Source of the DNA: the human T2T-CHM13v2.0 reference genome, Homo sapiens
Strand: one strand, 5' to 3'
NCBI RefSeq assembly: GCF_009914755.1
Contig: NC_060935.1
DNA: 64,000 nucleotides
Shown here piece by piece: positions 41,900 to 59,994 of the stretch. Each line of letters starts with the position of its first letter. The stretch's first letter is position 1. The notes below the pieces were generated by a model. The model saw only the letters and a list, made by a program, of their open reading frames with translations, searched no databases and had not been told where the DNA came from. The position numbers were made by a program, and so were the translations under genes.

Positions 41900-44233
41900 C
41901 TGCAAATAAAAGGTCTTGATTAATTTTCAGACACAAAGCAATGCACATCAATTCAAAGATGCAAGGAACTACAAAGTTGTCCAGGATTTGCAAGTTGGAG
42001 CCCTCTCTAGATATAGGGTCCAAACTAGTCATATTGTAAAATTATTATTAAATGCCAAAAGATCCTTTTGCACCTTTAAGAAAACTGAATTGTTTCATGT
42101 TTGGTGTGGAGCAAACTCTACAGGCTCAATTTCGAAACCTCTGTCGTCCAAAATGTAAGTAAATGTCTGGTAACATTTGTGCAGGGAAGTCCGCTTAGAC
42201 ATAATTGTACTCACTTCATCTTTACAGATTTCTACACAAGCTCTGACATTTGTATGGATACCCTGATAAGTACAATATAATTATTCTTTCTAATCTGTGT
42301 ATGAAGTGCTACATAAGGCCCACACTCACATCCCCACTATCTTCCCACATTAATTCCAGAGACTGGCTTCTAATCCCAGTCACACTACTCAGGCAGGCCT
42401 GTAGACCTCTTTGAGCCTCTCTATTCCTTGCCCTTAAGTGGAAGCAAATAATATTTGCACATTTGCCACAAGAGCTTACCATAAGAATGAAGAGAAAGGG
42501 TGGCCATGAAAGTACTATGTGAGCTTTAAAGTAGAAAACAAGCAGATGGAGTTTTAACAGGCAATTGTATTTTCTCAGGTCGCCTCATTCCACAGTAAAG
42601 GAAGAAGTGGTCTTGAATCCTGCTGTCATGAGGGAAGCAGGGTCTGTTTTGACGTTAGGCCCATTTTTAAAGTGATCACTTTTAATTAAGTGAAGCTGGA
42701 GCATAGAGTTCTAAAAGAGTAGAGATTGTCTCAGGAGACCCACAAAGCAGCACAGGGGCCCAGCCACTGGGGTAGAGATAGGGAAGCTCTGGTTTACAGA
42801 GAATGATCGAGGAAAGAGCTCACAGGTTTAATACTCTGGTTACCTGAAAGTCACAGCACACTTGGGTTAAAAATCAGGTTAACAATTTTCAAAGAGTGTG
42901 ATAAGATGGTGTGTAACACAAAATAAATGCAGTGTTTCTTTGATCATTCAGGTTCTTGTGATGTAATGACCACGTTTAATATTCAGTAGTAGCACTTAAT
43001 ATATGTTTGCCTAGTGAATCCATGACTTTCCAGGGCTGCAATAAAACTCTGGGTCCTGTAAGACTTTTGGCACCTATATTTCAAGAAAGAAAATCCACCT
43101 GATGTTTGCTTGCTGAAGAAAGCCTTTAAAGTGTGCCTCTTCAGAACATCACTCGTGTCTGATTTTATAACCAGTATATGCTAATTCTTGAGCAGGTAAC
43201 ACTTAAAAATCATTTTGTACCTTAAAATTTTAATTTCTATAAAATTTGAAATGTAAAAAGGTCATTTTCTTTAGTTCTTTTCCCCCCTAAGCAAACTTCT
43301 GGGTTATTTCTGTGTGTTCTTTTAAGAGGTAGAAAATATTTAAAATTCTTTAGTATTCCCTCACATAGGTTGTATTTTTATCGAAAACTCCTTATGTTCA
43401 GTGATAAGGTGAGGATACAACACCCCTGATGTTAGAGCATCTGGCTGAGAACAAGTTGCTTTGTTTAGTACAGTGCTGGTCTCTAAGATATACACCCTAT
43501 CTTTAAAATTTCAATTCATAAAATTTAATTACCTTTACATACAAATGCTATTAAAAGGTGAATCTAAGTGTAACCTTCTGTCTTTTGACATTTCTACTTG
43601 GATTTTGAGTTATCATCCAAGTTGTTGAGGAAGTAGTTTTCAACATGTCCACTACAACTAATATTCTATTGAGCAGGAATAAAGATTCATTTTCCTTTAA
43701 TGTGCTTATATTCATATCTGGCTTAATGGTTCCATTCTTCTTTACTGCTTCATTTGTTAATGTAATTGAGTCATTATAGTAGTTTCAGGAGTTGCAGTCA
43801 CCAGGAAGAAATACTCAGAAACAGTCTCTGTGAACAGAATTATTGATGTAGAATATTTTTCTTTTTCCCAAAAACGCTACAGATGCTGGTATTTTCTTCT
43901 TGGATACAATATCTTGAGATCATTATTAAAGTCTTCTGGCAAAGTGGAAGGAAAAAGAAAACTAAACAATGTTTAGTTGCTTTGGTGTAGAAATATGATA
44001 TTTCTGTTTTATTTTGTAGTAAGATAAGAAAATGATTTTCCTCAGCCAAATTTTTTTGTAATTTTAGTTATTTATTTCTTAAATAGATAGTACATCCCCA
44101 TGATTAAATATTCACAATGTTCAAAATCTCCTCCTTACCCCCTAGTTAACTGAGCTCTGCCCCCAAAGACAACCAATATTGTCAATTTATAGTGTACAAT
44201 TTCAGAGAGATTTTATGCATCTTCAAGCAAATA

Positions 44234-44335
44234 TTAGGTGGAACCAAATGGATGTGGTTGTCATTCCACTGTCATTTCCATTGGTTGCAGGTCAAAAACA
44301 GTCTAATAATGGCAATTTCCTATGGTTCAATCTAA
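44234..44335. mobile_element. MADE2-like mariner MITE
   Basis: Inverted termini ttaggtggaacca ... tggttcaatctaa. Confidence 0.65.
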
Positions 44336-44340
44336 TTCAT

Positions 44341-44695
44341 TGATGCGGTTTGGCTGTGTCCCCACCCAAGTCTTATCTTGAATTGTAGCTCCCATAATTC
44401 CGTGTTGTGGGAGGGACCCAGTGGGAGGTAATTGAATCACAGGGGCAGGTTTTTCCTGTGCTGTTCTCATGACAATGAATAAGTCTCACGAAATCTGATG
44501 GTTTTATAAAGGGCAGTTCCCCTGCACACATTCTCTTGCCTGCTGCCACCTAAGGCGTATCTTTGCTCCTCCTTTGCCTTCCACCATGATTGTGAGGCTT
44601 CCCCAGCCATGTGGAACTGTGAGTCCATTAAACCTCTTTTTCTTTATAAATTACCCAGTATGTCTTTATTAGCAGTATGAGAACAGACAAATACA
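44341..44695 (+). mobile_element. THE1 (B/C-like) solo LTR
   Basis: TGATG...AATACA termini with perfect TSD TTCAT at 44336-44340 and 44696-44700. Confidence 0.9.
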
Positions 44696-45302
44696 TTCAT
44701 CTACTGACATGCTTTCTTCCTGCTTTTTATACAAATAGTAGCCAACTATAAACACTCTTTTACACCTTGACTTTTTTCAACTAATGATTATCTTGAAGAT
44801 CATTCCATGTCAATTCATAGAAAGAAAAAATCCTCATTCTTTTTTCTGGCTATGCAATATTCTCTTGTTTAGAAGTACCATAATTTATTTAACCAGTCTC
44901 TTCACAATGAACACTCAGGTTTGTTTCCAATCTTTTGCAAGCACATTTTGCACATGACATTTTGCACGTTCGTAAGTTTTTCTACAGGATATATATTTTA
45001 GAAGAGAAATTCTTCGGATAAATGGTATATGGATTTGTAATTTTGAAAGATATCATCATGTTGCCTTCCACTGCAGTTGTACTGATGTATAATCTTACCA
45101 GTAGCATACAAGAGTGCCTGTTTTCTTATTTTTCAACTTGGTTTTAATACATGTTAAAACTAATACAGTCATCCATATTTTAATTGAGCTCCAAAATCAG
45201 CCTAACGCTGGCTACCCCGAAACAAATCACAGTATTTGCTCCTTCACTCCCTGGTAACATCAATTCAAATCTACTTACCTTTCTTTATGCAAATATATAT
45301 AT

Positions 45303-45513
45303 ATTTTTTGAGGTGGAGTTTTGCTCTTATCGCCCAAGCTGGACTGCAATGACACAATCTAGGCTCACTGCAACCTCCGCCTCCCGGGTTCAAGTGATTC
45401 TCCTACCTCAGCCTCCCGAGTAGTTGGGATTGCAGGTACACACCACCACACCCAGCTAATTTTTGTATTTTTAGTAGAAGCAGGGTTTCACCATGTTGGC
45501 CAGGATGATCTCA
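45303..45513 (-). mobile_element. 5'-truncated AluS
   Basis: Right monomer plus part of the left; flanking TATGCAAAT repeats. Confidence 0.85.
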
Positions 45514-45854
45514 ATATGCAAATGTTTATGCTTCTGTGTATATGGGTTTGTCTTGTAAAATACTGTATGTGTATGGGTACCTTACCATTTCTCTCTTTAC
45601 TAAATTCCAGTTGCATGAAGTTTAGGATGGCATTGTTCAGAAAGCAGAATCCTAAAAGTTTTTCTAAAAGAATCTGAGACTCAGTGGAGCCAAGATGGCC
45701 AAATAGGAACAGCTCCAGTCTACAGCTCCCAGCGTGAGTGACGCAGAAGATGGGTGATTTCTGCATTTCCAACTGAGGTACCAGGTTCATCTCACTGGGG
45801 AGTGTTGGACAGTGGGTGCAGCGCACCGAACGTGAGCCGAAGCAGGGTGAGGCA

Positions 45855-46118
45855 TCATCTCACCCGGGAAGCGCAAGGGGTCAGGGAATTCCCTTTCCTA
45901 GTCAAAGAAAGGGGTGACAGATGGCACTTGGAAAATCGGGTCACTCCCACACTAATACTGTGCTTTTCCAATGGTCTTAGCAAACAGCACACCAGGAGAT
46001 TATATCCCGTGCCTGGCTCAGAGGGTCCTACACCCATGGAGCCTCGCTCATTGCTAGCACAGCAGTCTGAGATCAAACTGCAAGGCTGCAACGAGGCTGG
46101 GAGAGGGGCGCCCGCCAT
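45855..46118 (-). CDS. L1 ORF0 homologue (87 aa, open; expression unknown)
   Basis: MAGAPLPASLQPCSLISDCCASN... matches primate L1 ORF0. ATG at 46116-46118 in GCAATGG context; no internal stop. Confidence 0.6.
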   Translation of the reverse strand: MAGAPLPASLQPCSLISDCCASNERGSMGVGPSEPGTGYNLLVCCLLRPLEKHSISVGVTRFSKCHLSPLSLTRKGNSLTPCASRVR

Positions 46119-46693
46119 TGCCGAGGCTTGAGTAGGTAAACAAAGTGGCCAGGAAGCTCGAACTGGGTGGAGCCCACCGCAGCTCAAGGAGGCCTGCCTG
46201 CCTCTGTAGACTCCACCTCTGGGGGCAGGGCACAGACAAACAAAAGGCAGCAGAATCCTCTGCAGACTTAAATGTCCCCGTCTGACAGCCTTGAAAAGAG
46301 TAGTAGTTCTCCCAGCACGCAGCTGGACATCTGAGAATGGACAGACTGCCTCCTCAAGTGGGTCCCTGACCCCTGAGTAGCCTAACTGGGAGGCACCCCC
46401 AAGTAGGGGCAGACTGACACCTCACACGGTCGGGTACTCCTCGGAGACAAAACTTCCAGAGGAATGATCAGGCAGCAACATTTGCTGTTCACCAATATCC
46501 GCTGTTCTGCAGCCTCCGCTGCTGACACCCAGGCAAACAGGGTCTGGAGTGGACCTCCAGCAAACTCCAACAGACCTGCAGGTGAGGGTCCTGACTGTTA
46601 GAATAAAAACTAACAAACAGAAAGGACATCCACACCAAAACCCCATCTGTACATCACCATCATCAAAGACCAAAGGTAGATAAAACCACAAAG

Positions 46694-47696
46694 ATGGGGA
46701 AAAACCAGAGCAGAAAAACTGGAAACTCTAAAAATCGGAGCACCTCTCCTCCTCCAAAGGAATACAGCTTCTCACCAGCAGCAGAACAAAGCTGGACGGA
46801 GAATGACTTTGACGAGTTGAGAAAGAAGGCTTTAGATGATCAAACTACTCCGAGCTAAAGGAGGAAGTCTGAACCCATGGCAAAGAAGTTAAAAACCTTG
46901 AAAAAAAAATAGACAAATGGCAAACTAGGATAACCAATGCACAGAAGTCGTTAAAGGACCTGATGGAGCTGAAAACCATGGCATGAGAACTACATGACAA
47001 ATGCATAAGCCTCAGTAGCTGGAAGAAACAGTATCAGTGATGGAAGACCAAATGAATGAAATGAAGCAAGAAGAGAAGTTTAGAGAAAAAAGAATAAAAA
47101 GAAACGAACAAAGCCTCCAAGAAATATGGGACCATGTGAAAAGACCAAGTCTACGTCTGATTGGTGCACCTGAAAGTGATGGGGAGAATGGAACCAAGTT
47201 GGAAAACACTCTGCACGATATTATCCAGGAGAACTTCCCCAATCTAGCAAGGCAGGCCAACATTCAAATTCAGGAAATACAGAGAATGCCACAAAGATAC
47301 TCCTCGAGAAGAGCAACTCCAAGACACATAATTGTCAGATTCACCAAAGTTGAAATGAAGGAAAAAATGTTAAGGGCAGCCAGAGGGAAACGTCGGGTTA
47401 CCCACAAGGTGAAGCCCATCAGACTAACAGCTGATCTCTCAGCAGAAACTCTACAAGCCAGAAGACAGTGGGGGCCAATATTCAACATTCTTAAAGCAAA
47501 GAATTTTCAACCCACAATTTCATATCCAGCCAAACTAAGTTTCATAAGTGAAGGAGAAATAAAATCCTTCACAAACAAGCAAATGCTGAGAGATTTTGTC
47601 ACCACCAGGCCTGCCCTAAAAGAGCTCCCGAAGGAAGCACTAAACATGGAAAGGAACAAAAGGTTCCAGCCAATGCAAAAACATGCCAAATTGTAA
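46694..47696 (+). pseudogene. L1 ORF1p, disrupted
   Basis: ATG at 46694 (MGKNQSRK). In-frame TGA near 46870 plus indels. The C-terminal 219 aa remain open (47037-47696). Confidence 0.9.
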
Positions 47697-47759
47697 AGAC
47701 CATCAAGGCTAGGAAGAAACTGCATCAACTAACGAGCAAAATAACCAGCTAATATCATA

Positions 47760-51583
<3,824 letters not shown>

Positions 51584-52249
51584 ACAATGAGAACAGATGG
51601 ACACAGGAAGGGGAACATCACACACTGGGGCCTGTTGTGGGGTGGGGGCAGCGAGGAGGGATAGCATTAGGAGATACACCTAATGTTAAATGATGAGTTA
51701 ATGGGTGCAGCACACCAACATGGCACATGTATACATATGTAACAAACCTGCATGTTGTGCACATGTACCCTAAAACTTAAATTATAATAATAAAAAAAAG
51801 AATCTGAGACTCCCCTCAAATATCTTTCATTGAAACCATTCCTCTGATGCTAACAGGACACGGATGCTGAATGGCCACCATGGTGCCCTCCAGGCCAGGC
51901 CATAGTTTTCTTCACAAAGAGCCAAGCCTCTTAGTTCCTGGAGTGGGCAAGGCAAATTCCAGCTTCCAAGCTTTATCTAGAAACATGAACAAATCTTAAT
52001 TTTTCAGGGCTTTATTTTGTTAGGTTATAGATTATCTAAGTTTTGCGTTTCTCCTTTTCTTCTCTCATAGCTGGAGGGATTCCTCAGGGATCTATGCTGT
52101 CACTGATGCAATTTTATAGTTTTGTAAGTAATAGAACAGAGAAATGAAAAATGAAATTGCCAAGGCTATAAGATCTTCCAGGTCAGGAAAAGCAAATAGA
52201 AGGTGATGAGCTCCCATAAGACTGTACAAAGGGGGAGAAAGATAACAGA

Positions 52250-52660
52250 GGAATTTCAACACTTAGTTCTAAGGGGAAAGATTGTAAATGATCATTATGA
52301 GACTGTTGGGCATATATTTACCAACCCAAGAGAAGACCTCAAAATCACTGTAGGCTGTTCTTTGAAGATACTAGTCTATGTACCATTGCACACTGGTCAG
52401 AAAAACCTAGCTATCATCAGAAAGCATTTTAGAAATCAAAGAAAAAAATTTCTATCCTTATATAAAATCATGATGAATTCGTACCTGAAACACTGCAACC
52501 AGCTTGAACAGATATAAAGGGACCAGAGAATGTTTACAGACAGGCTACTAATATGATTAAGGGATGAAGGTTTCTTTTTAAGAGAGCTCTTCAATCTAAA
52601 AGGTAAAGAATAAGAGGCTATATATAATCAAAATCTATAAAATGAAGAAGGAGGCATATT
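52250..52660 (+). mobile_element. CR1/L3-like RT C-terminal remnant
   Basis: Degenerate LYK...YLKHC...ATNMIKG...LFNL pattern resembles CR1 ORF2. Confidence 0.45.
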
Positions 52661-54032
52661 TCAGCACTGTGGAGGTGGACAGCATCTCTGAGTGCTGCAT
52701 TCAGGACGGTTACATCAAGGGCTGCCTCAAGCAGCATTTCAATTGTTCTTCATCTCTGGCAAATTCTTACCATTTGGGACAGTTGAAGAATAGTCAGTTC
52801 TATTGGAGGCAGAATGATGGAAAAGATGACCTTACAAGCCTTCCTCCAGTTTCACCTTTTTGTAATTCAGTACCCTTGGCCTAATTTCTCTAGCTTATAT
52901 TATTAATCTTGAAAAGGGGGCTCCATGTGTGCAAGGGGAGATATGTAACAGGAAAACTGGACTAACTATACATATTTCCTTATTCACTGGCATAGCTTTA
53001 ACCTGATGAACTTGTCTGGTGATAATGGATGCAAAACCTGTAAGCTCTAGGCATATCCCTGCCAGTTAATACCAGTGCATGATTACTAGAAACTGTTAGC
53101 ATTTCTCTGAATTTTGAGTAAAATACATGCTATTTAAGTAAAGTGGTTTATCACCATAGCAACAATTTCTAGAGTCACACATTCAAATTATAGGCCTGCA
53201 CAAGGTCCAAATGACAAAATTCTGATATAAGTTTAATGCTATAGTTTTGTGTGTAATGGCTACCCACCTTCCTCACATCCCTATGGTTTTCAGAAGAAGG
53301 AAGGGAAAGAAAAGCTAAGGGAAGAAGAAAAATTGACTTCCAAATATATAGACTTCTAAGGTTACTTGCATAAAGATCTGGGTCTTGTGTGGAGTCAACA
53401 GAAATGAAATCTAACTTGCAAATTAGAGAAAAATATAAATATCTTTCTTTTCTTTGTAACTGAGGTATAATCTATATACAGAATACACATATCTGAAGTG
53501 TACAGTTTGATGAGTTTTGACAAACACTTAGGCCTGTATAACCAACACCACAATCAGGAAATAGAACAATTACCAAGAAAGTTCTCTCTTGCCACAACCC
53601 AGTCAACCCTCTTCTCCTGGGGGCCACAACTATTCTGATTTTTTCAACATAAATTAGCTTTGCCTTTTCTAAACTTCATATACATGAAAAAGAATGCATT
53701 ATGTACTCTTTTATATCTGAGTTATTCTGCTTAACATTTTTAATTGAATTTTTATTCAGATATTCGTAGATTCTCATGCTATTGAGACATAGGTTTTTGA
53801 GATTCATCTATGTAATAGTAACTCATTTCTTTTTTCTTGCCAAGTAATGCTCCATTGTATGGATGTACCACAATTTGTTTACTCATTCTTCTGTTAATGA
53901 ATATTTGGGATGTTTCCAGTTTGGGGCTGCTTATACATAAATCCGCTACAAACATATACTACAAATCTTTTTGTGAACTTGGGATTGCTGGATAAATGGT
54001 AAATGAATGCTTAACCTTAAAAGTAAATGCCA

Positions 54033-54318
54033 GCCAGGCGCGGTGGCTCACGCCTGTAATCCCAGCACTTTGGGAGGCCAAGGTAGGCAGATCGCGAGGT
54101 CAGGAGATAGAGACCATCCTGACTAACACAGTAAAACCCCATCTCTATTAAAAATACAAAAAATTAGCTGGGTGTGGTGGCACACCTGTAGTCCCAGCTA
54201 CCCAGGAGGCTGAGGCAGGAATTGCTTGAACCCAGGAAGCGGAGGTTGCAGTGAGCTGAGATTGCGCCATTGCAATCCAGCCTGGGTGACAGAGCAAGAC
54301 TCCATCACACACATAAAA
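54033..54318 (+). mobile_element. Alu (Sc/Y-like)
   Basis: TSD AAAAGTAAATGCCA at 54019-54032 and 54319-54332. Confidence 0.9.
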
Positions 54319-55033
54319 AAAAGTAAATGCCAAACTATATTCTGAAAGAATAGTACCATTTTGCATTCCCACCAGCAAGGTGGGAAAATTCCAGTTGTTT
54401 CATATCCTTGCCAATATCTGGACTTGTTAGTTTTTAATTTTGGCCGTTCTAGAAAGTATGTAGTGATATCCTGTGGTGGACTTAATTTCCATTTTCCTGA
54501 TGACTAATGATGTTTAGCATCTTTTCATATGCTTATTGACTACTTGTATATCTTCCTATGTGAAGTGTCTGTTCAAGTCTACTGACTATTTTAAAACATG
54601 GATTGCCTTATTGCAATGTAGGAGTTGTTTATATATTCTGCATGCAAGTCTTCTGTCATATATATTTATTGCAAATATTTTCTCCCTGTCTGTGGCTTAT
54701 TTTTTAACATGCTTTTGATGAGCAAATGTGTTTTATTTTTAGGAATCATTTTACCAGTTTTTAAAAGTGCTTTCTGTGTCTATGTTCTAAGAATCTTTGA
54801 CTATCTGCTGGATGGAAGATAGTCTCTTATGTTTTATCCTAGGAGCTTTACAGTTTCGCTTTTAGATTTAGTTCTACCCTTCTCAAACTAATTTTTGTGT
54901 ACAGTTTTAGCTAGGGGGTCAAATTTCATTTTCCCTCATATATATCTACTATTGTTCTAGCATTATTTATTAAAAAGACTATCATTTACCCCTTCGAATT
55001 GCTTTGAAATCTCTGTCAAAAATCAACTGACTG

Positions 55034-55392
<359 letters not shown>

Positions 55393-56794
55393 CTACTAAT
55401 CTATTTGTTTATCCTTACATCAATACCACATTGTATTAATTACTGTATCTATGTAGTAAATGTTGACATCAAGTCATATAAGTCTTGCAACTTTGTTCTT
55501 TTTAGGTTATTTTGTCTGTTCCAGGTTTTATGTATCTCCAAATAAATTTTAGAATCATCTTGTCAATTTATAACAAAAAAGCAAGTGTTCTAGATTTCAA
55601 CTGGGATTGGTTTAAACATGTAAGTTAATTTGGGGAGAACTGACATCTTAATAGTACCAAATATTCTAAACCATAAACATGGTATATCTCTCCAACTATT
55701 TCAGTCTTTTTCAATTTTGCTCAACAGCATTTCATGGTTTTGGTATAAATATTTTGCATATATTTTGTTAGATTTTTCACTAAGTGTTTTATGTTTTGTG
55801 GCAATTAGTATTTTAAAATTTTATTTCCCAATTGTTCACTGCGAATATATAACAATACAATTTTTATATATAGATCTTGCATCCAGCAACCTCTTTAATT
55901 CACTTTTTGTAGATTCCTTGGGATTTTCTATGTATACAAACATGTCATCTGCAAGTAAAGACAGTTTTATTCTTCCTTTACAATATATATAATTTTATTT
56001 CTTTTAATTGCCTTGTTGCATCAGCTAGAACCTTTTGTACAATGATAAAGAGAATTAGTGAGAGAGAACATCGTTCCTTGCCTTTCTCCTATCTTTAGCA
56101 TGAAAATACTCAATATTTTGCCATTAAGAATGATACTAATTGTAGTTTTGGATTTTTTTTTTGTAAAATCTCTTATTATGTAAAAGAAGTTCCCTTTTAT
56201 TCCTAGTCTGCAGAGGATTTTCTCATGTTTGAGTGTTGAATTTTATCAAATGCTTTTCCCAAAATCATTGAGATAATTATATAGCTTTCTCCTTTATCTA
56301 TACATAGTGAATTATGTTGTTTGATTTTTGGATGTTAATCCAAACCTGCATTCCTGGAATACACTGCAAACACTTAATTATGATATGCTATTCTTTTATA
56401 TATTTCTGGATTCAGTTTGCTAATATCATTTGAAATTTTTACGTCTATAATTTATGAGAGATATTGGCTAATAATTTTCTTGTAACATCCTTGTCATGTT
56501 TAGGTATTGTTGTTATTTATAAGGCAAACATGCCTTATAAATGAGTTGGGAAATATTCTCAAGAGTTGGTGTATAAGTTTTCTCTTATTTCTTCTTCAAA
56601 GATTTAGAAGAATTAGACAGTGAAATCATTTGGGAATAAAGTTTTCTTTTTAGTAAAGTTCTTTACTACAGACATGATTTTAAAAATAAATACAGAACGA
56701 TTCAGATTTTCTATTTTTGTGTAACTGTTTTTGTACTTTTAAAAGAAATTTGACCATTTCATATAAATTTCTCAATGTACTGGCATTAAGTCAT

Positions 56795-57400
56795 TAAGAG
56801 CCAGTAAGCCTGAAGATAGATCAATAGAAAGTATCCAATGTAAAGAATAGAAAAAAAAAGATTAAAAAATGGATAGTGCCTCAGGAACCTATAGAACGAT
56901 ATCACACTGTCTAATATATGAGTAATTGGAGTCTCAGAAAAAAAAGGAAAAGGTAATGACAAAACTTCCAAAACGTGGCTAAAGGTACAAATTTACAGAT
57001 TCACAGAGCTCAGCAAACCCCAAGCAGGATAAAAGTGAAGAAGAACACGCTTAGCAATAGCATTGTTAAACTGCTGAAAATCAAAGATAAAGAGATGACC
57101 TTGAAAGCATCCAGAGAAAAGTGACACAATACATATAAGTGAAGAACATTTCAAATTTCCACAGATAGTTCATCAGAAAAAATGATCAAAAGTTAAGAAA
57201 AAAGGAAAGAAGAGTATCAGAAATGATAACTATCTGGATAAATATAAGAAATTTTTCCTCTTAATTTCTTGAAAACATACATGACAATTTAAAGCACAAA
57301 TTATATCATTATTTTGTGGGGTTTATAATTATGTAGATATAATACATGTAACACTTATAGCATAAAGGTAGGGTAAGAGATAAATGGACCCAAATTAATA
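56795..57400 (+). mobile_element. Old L1M ORF1/inter-ORF fragment
   Basis: gaagatagatcaatagaa...gtaattggagtctcagaa resembles L1M ORF1. Confidence 0.6.
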
Positions 57401-57817
57401 CATTTGAAATTGAAGCAATACTTGTTATAACCCAACACAATGGGTTGGTTCTCTATAGAGAAAGGATATGCATAGCATGGCCAGACAGCTATAGGCCCTA
57501 AGGGGAGCTGAGCAAAAGTCAGGCTTGGGAAGAGAGGGAAGTGATTTAAAGGATTCACTAATACATCTTTGCAAAAATGGGAATCTGGTTAAGCCTGTGG
57601 TAAAACCTAAGCCTTATACAAAAAGCTCTTGTGTGGGAGTAGAAGTAGGGACAAAATATCCCCTTAGAACAAAAGCCTTGTTTATGGGAGCCTATGAATC
57701 CAGGCCAGCAACTCGCATTGCAAGCAGCATTAGATCAAATAACAGGTCAAGATTCATGTTAGCACAATTAGTTATTTGTACCTGTATTAGTCTGCTATTG
57801 CAGTAGTTATTCAACTA

Positions 57818-58324
57818 TGTTTGAGAGGTCCCCACAATCACCCCCAGGTTCAATGAGTCACTGGGAGGACTCACAGGACTTGACATTTATATTCGTACTC
57901 ATGGCTATGACTTATTACAGTGCAAGGATGCAAAGCACAACCAGCAAAAGGAAAAGACACTTCAGGCTAAATCCAAGAGAAACCACGAGCAAGCTTCCAA
58001 GTGTCCTCTCCCAGGGGAGTTGCAGAGGATGTGCTTAATTCCCCCTGCAATTAGTTGTGACAGCATATGTGAAATGTTGCCAACCATGGAAGCCCATTGG
58101 AGACTCAGCATCCATGGTCACGTAGGCAGCCTCTGCCTAGCATCTACCAAAATCCCAGACTCCCAGAAGGAAAGTAGGTATTCAGCATAAACCATATTGT
58201 TTGCACAAACAGTTTAGACAAAATTAGCTAAGTTCCCAGAAATGAGCCAAGGGTCAACCTTGCAAATAAATAGGTCTTTTGAAGGATAGCAGTTGAGGCC
58301 ACCTATTTAACTCTTTTCTGCACA
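57818..58324 (-). mobile_element. MER21-like LTR inside an MLT1 LTR (57783-58754)
   Basis: TG...CA ends; 4-bp TSD ACTA at 57814-57817 and 58325-58328; MER21 internal motifs. Confidence 0.75.
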
Positions 58325-58954
58325 ACTATACAACAAACAACTGCAAAAATCTCAGTATCTTGTAACAGCAAGTATTTATTTTTCTCAATTAATTTCAGTT
58401 TGGTTGTGCCAGGCTAAACTTCAAGTATTAGACTGAATTCAGATCTGTTCCACAAATCTCCACAATTCTGGAACCTGTGGCTTTCTGCAGGCATGCTCTT
58501 CTCACGGCAGGTGACAGAAATAGAAGAGAGCAAGCTAAATCATGCAAACACTTTTAAGGTCTCTGCTTTCATTACACCCTTTTAACGTTCCATCAGCCAG
58601 AATAACGGCCAAGACCAACATTAGTAGGATGAGAAAATAGCCTTCAACAGTTCTACCAGGGAGAACTGCAAAGTCACATGGCAAAGGATATGCATGTACA
58701 AATTATTTACAGGAAAGGAATAATTAATTGGAAACAAGAATCCAATCTTCCACAGTACCTTAAGTAACTCACCAAACTCAGAGGGCAAACAAGGTTAGAA
58801 GCAGCACATTATCACTTCTGAAAATGAAATTTCTTGGTCTGTTTACTAGTTTATTCCCACACTTATACCCAAAGGAGCCTTGATACAGCCAGGAAAATAT
58901 ATGCAATTTTAGTAATATTCTATATACATTTTTAGTAATATAATAATGAAAGCA

Positions 58955-59165
58955 TTAATGGCTAACATTAATAAGTACTTACCACGTGACAAGAGTGTTA
59001 CGTGCATGATTTCACCTAGCACTTAGTTGGTGAGATTATTATTCCTATTTTACAGATGAGAAAATGGAGGCCTAGAGACTTGCCGAACATCATAAAGCTT
59101 GTAAGTGGTGAAGCCAGAATCTGAATCCAGGCAGCCTAGATCCGAAGTTATACTTTTAACTATTA
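58955..59165 (-). mobile_element. MIR
   Basis: Core attttacagatgagaaaatggagg. Confidence 0.75.
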
Positions 59166-59442
59166 TGATATTTTAAGGGCTGTGCTTGGGTACATATGCC
59201 ATATTGCAATGCTTCAATACTGGGATAAGAAAGTGTGCCACAATTATGCAAGTACTGTCACATTTTCATATGATAGTTCTCATGGACTCAGAAAGCTAAA
59301 ATGTAATTTTCAGGAAAAGAAAATTTTTATCCCACTCACTAAAATATCACGAAAATTTAAGTTTTTCCTCACAGAAACATTATCAACATATCAAAGTATT
59401 AAATTTCAATGTTATTTAAATGTCAACATTTCTTGTCTTTGA

Positions 59443-59994
<552 letters not shown>

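Larger units (their letters stand above)
44050..45125 (-). mobile_element. Old L1ME fragment hosting MADE2 and THE1
   Basis: Reverse L1M 3' motifs (ttgtttccaatcttttgc, tagcatacaagagtgcctgttt). Confidence 0.55.

Noticed and set aside
43530-44002. Alternative STK33 exon (KYHISTPKQLNIV*, or a ~75-codon open frame at ~43550-43785)
   Set aside because: A-rich acceptor, no poly(A) signal seen on minus and no recognisable homology; cannot be supported without RNA data.
44234-44335. miRNA hairpin
   Set aside because: Explained by MITE terminal inverted repeats; the stem is degenerate.
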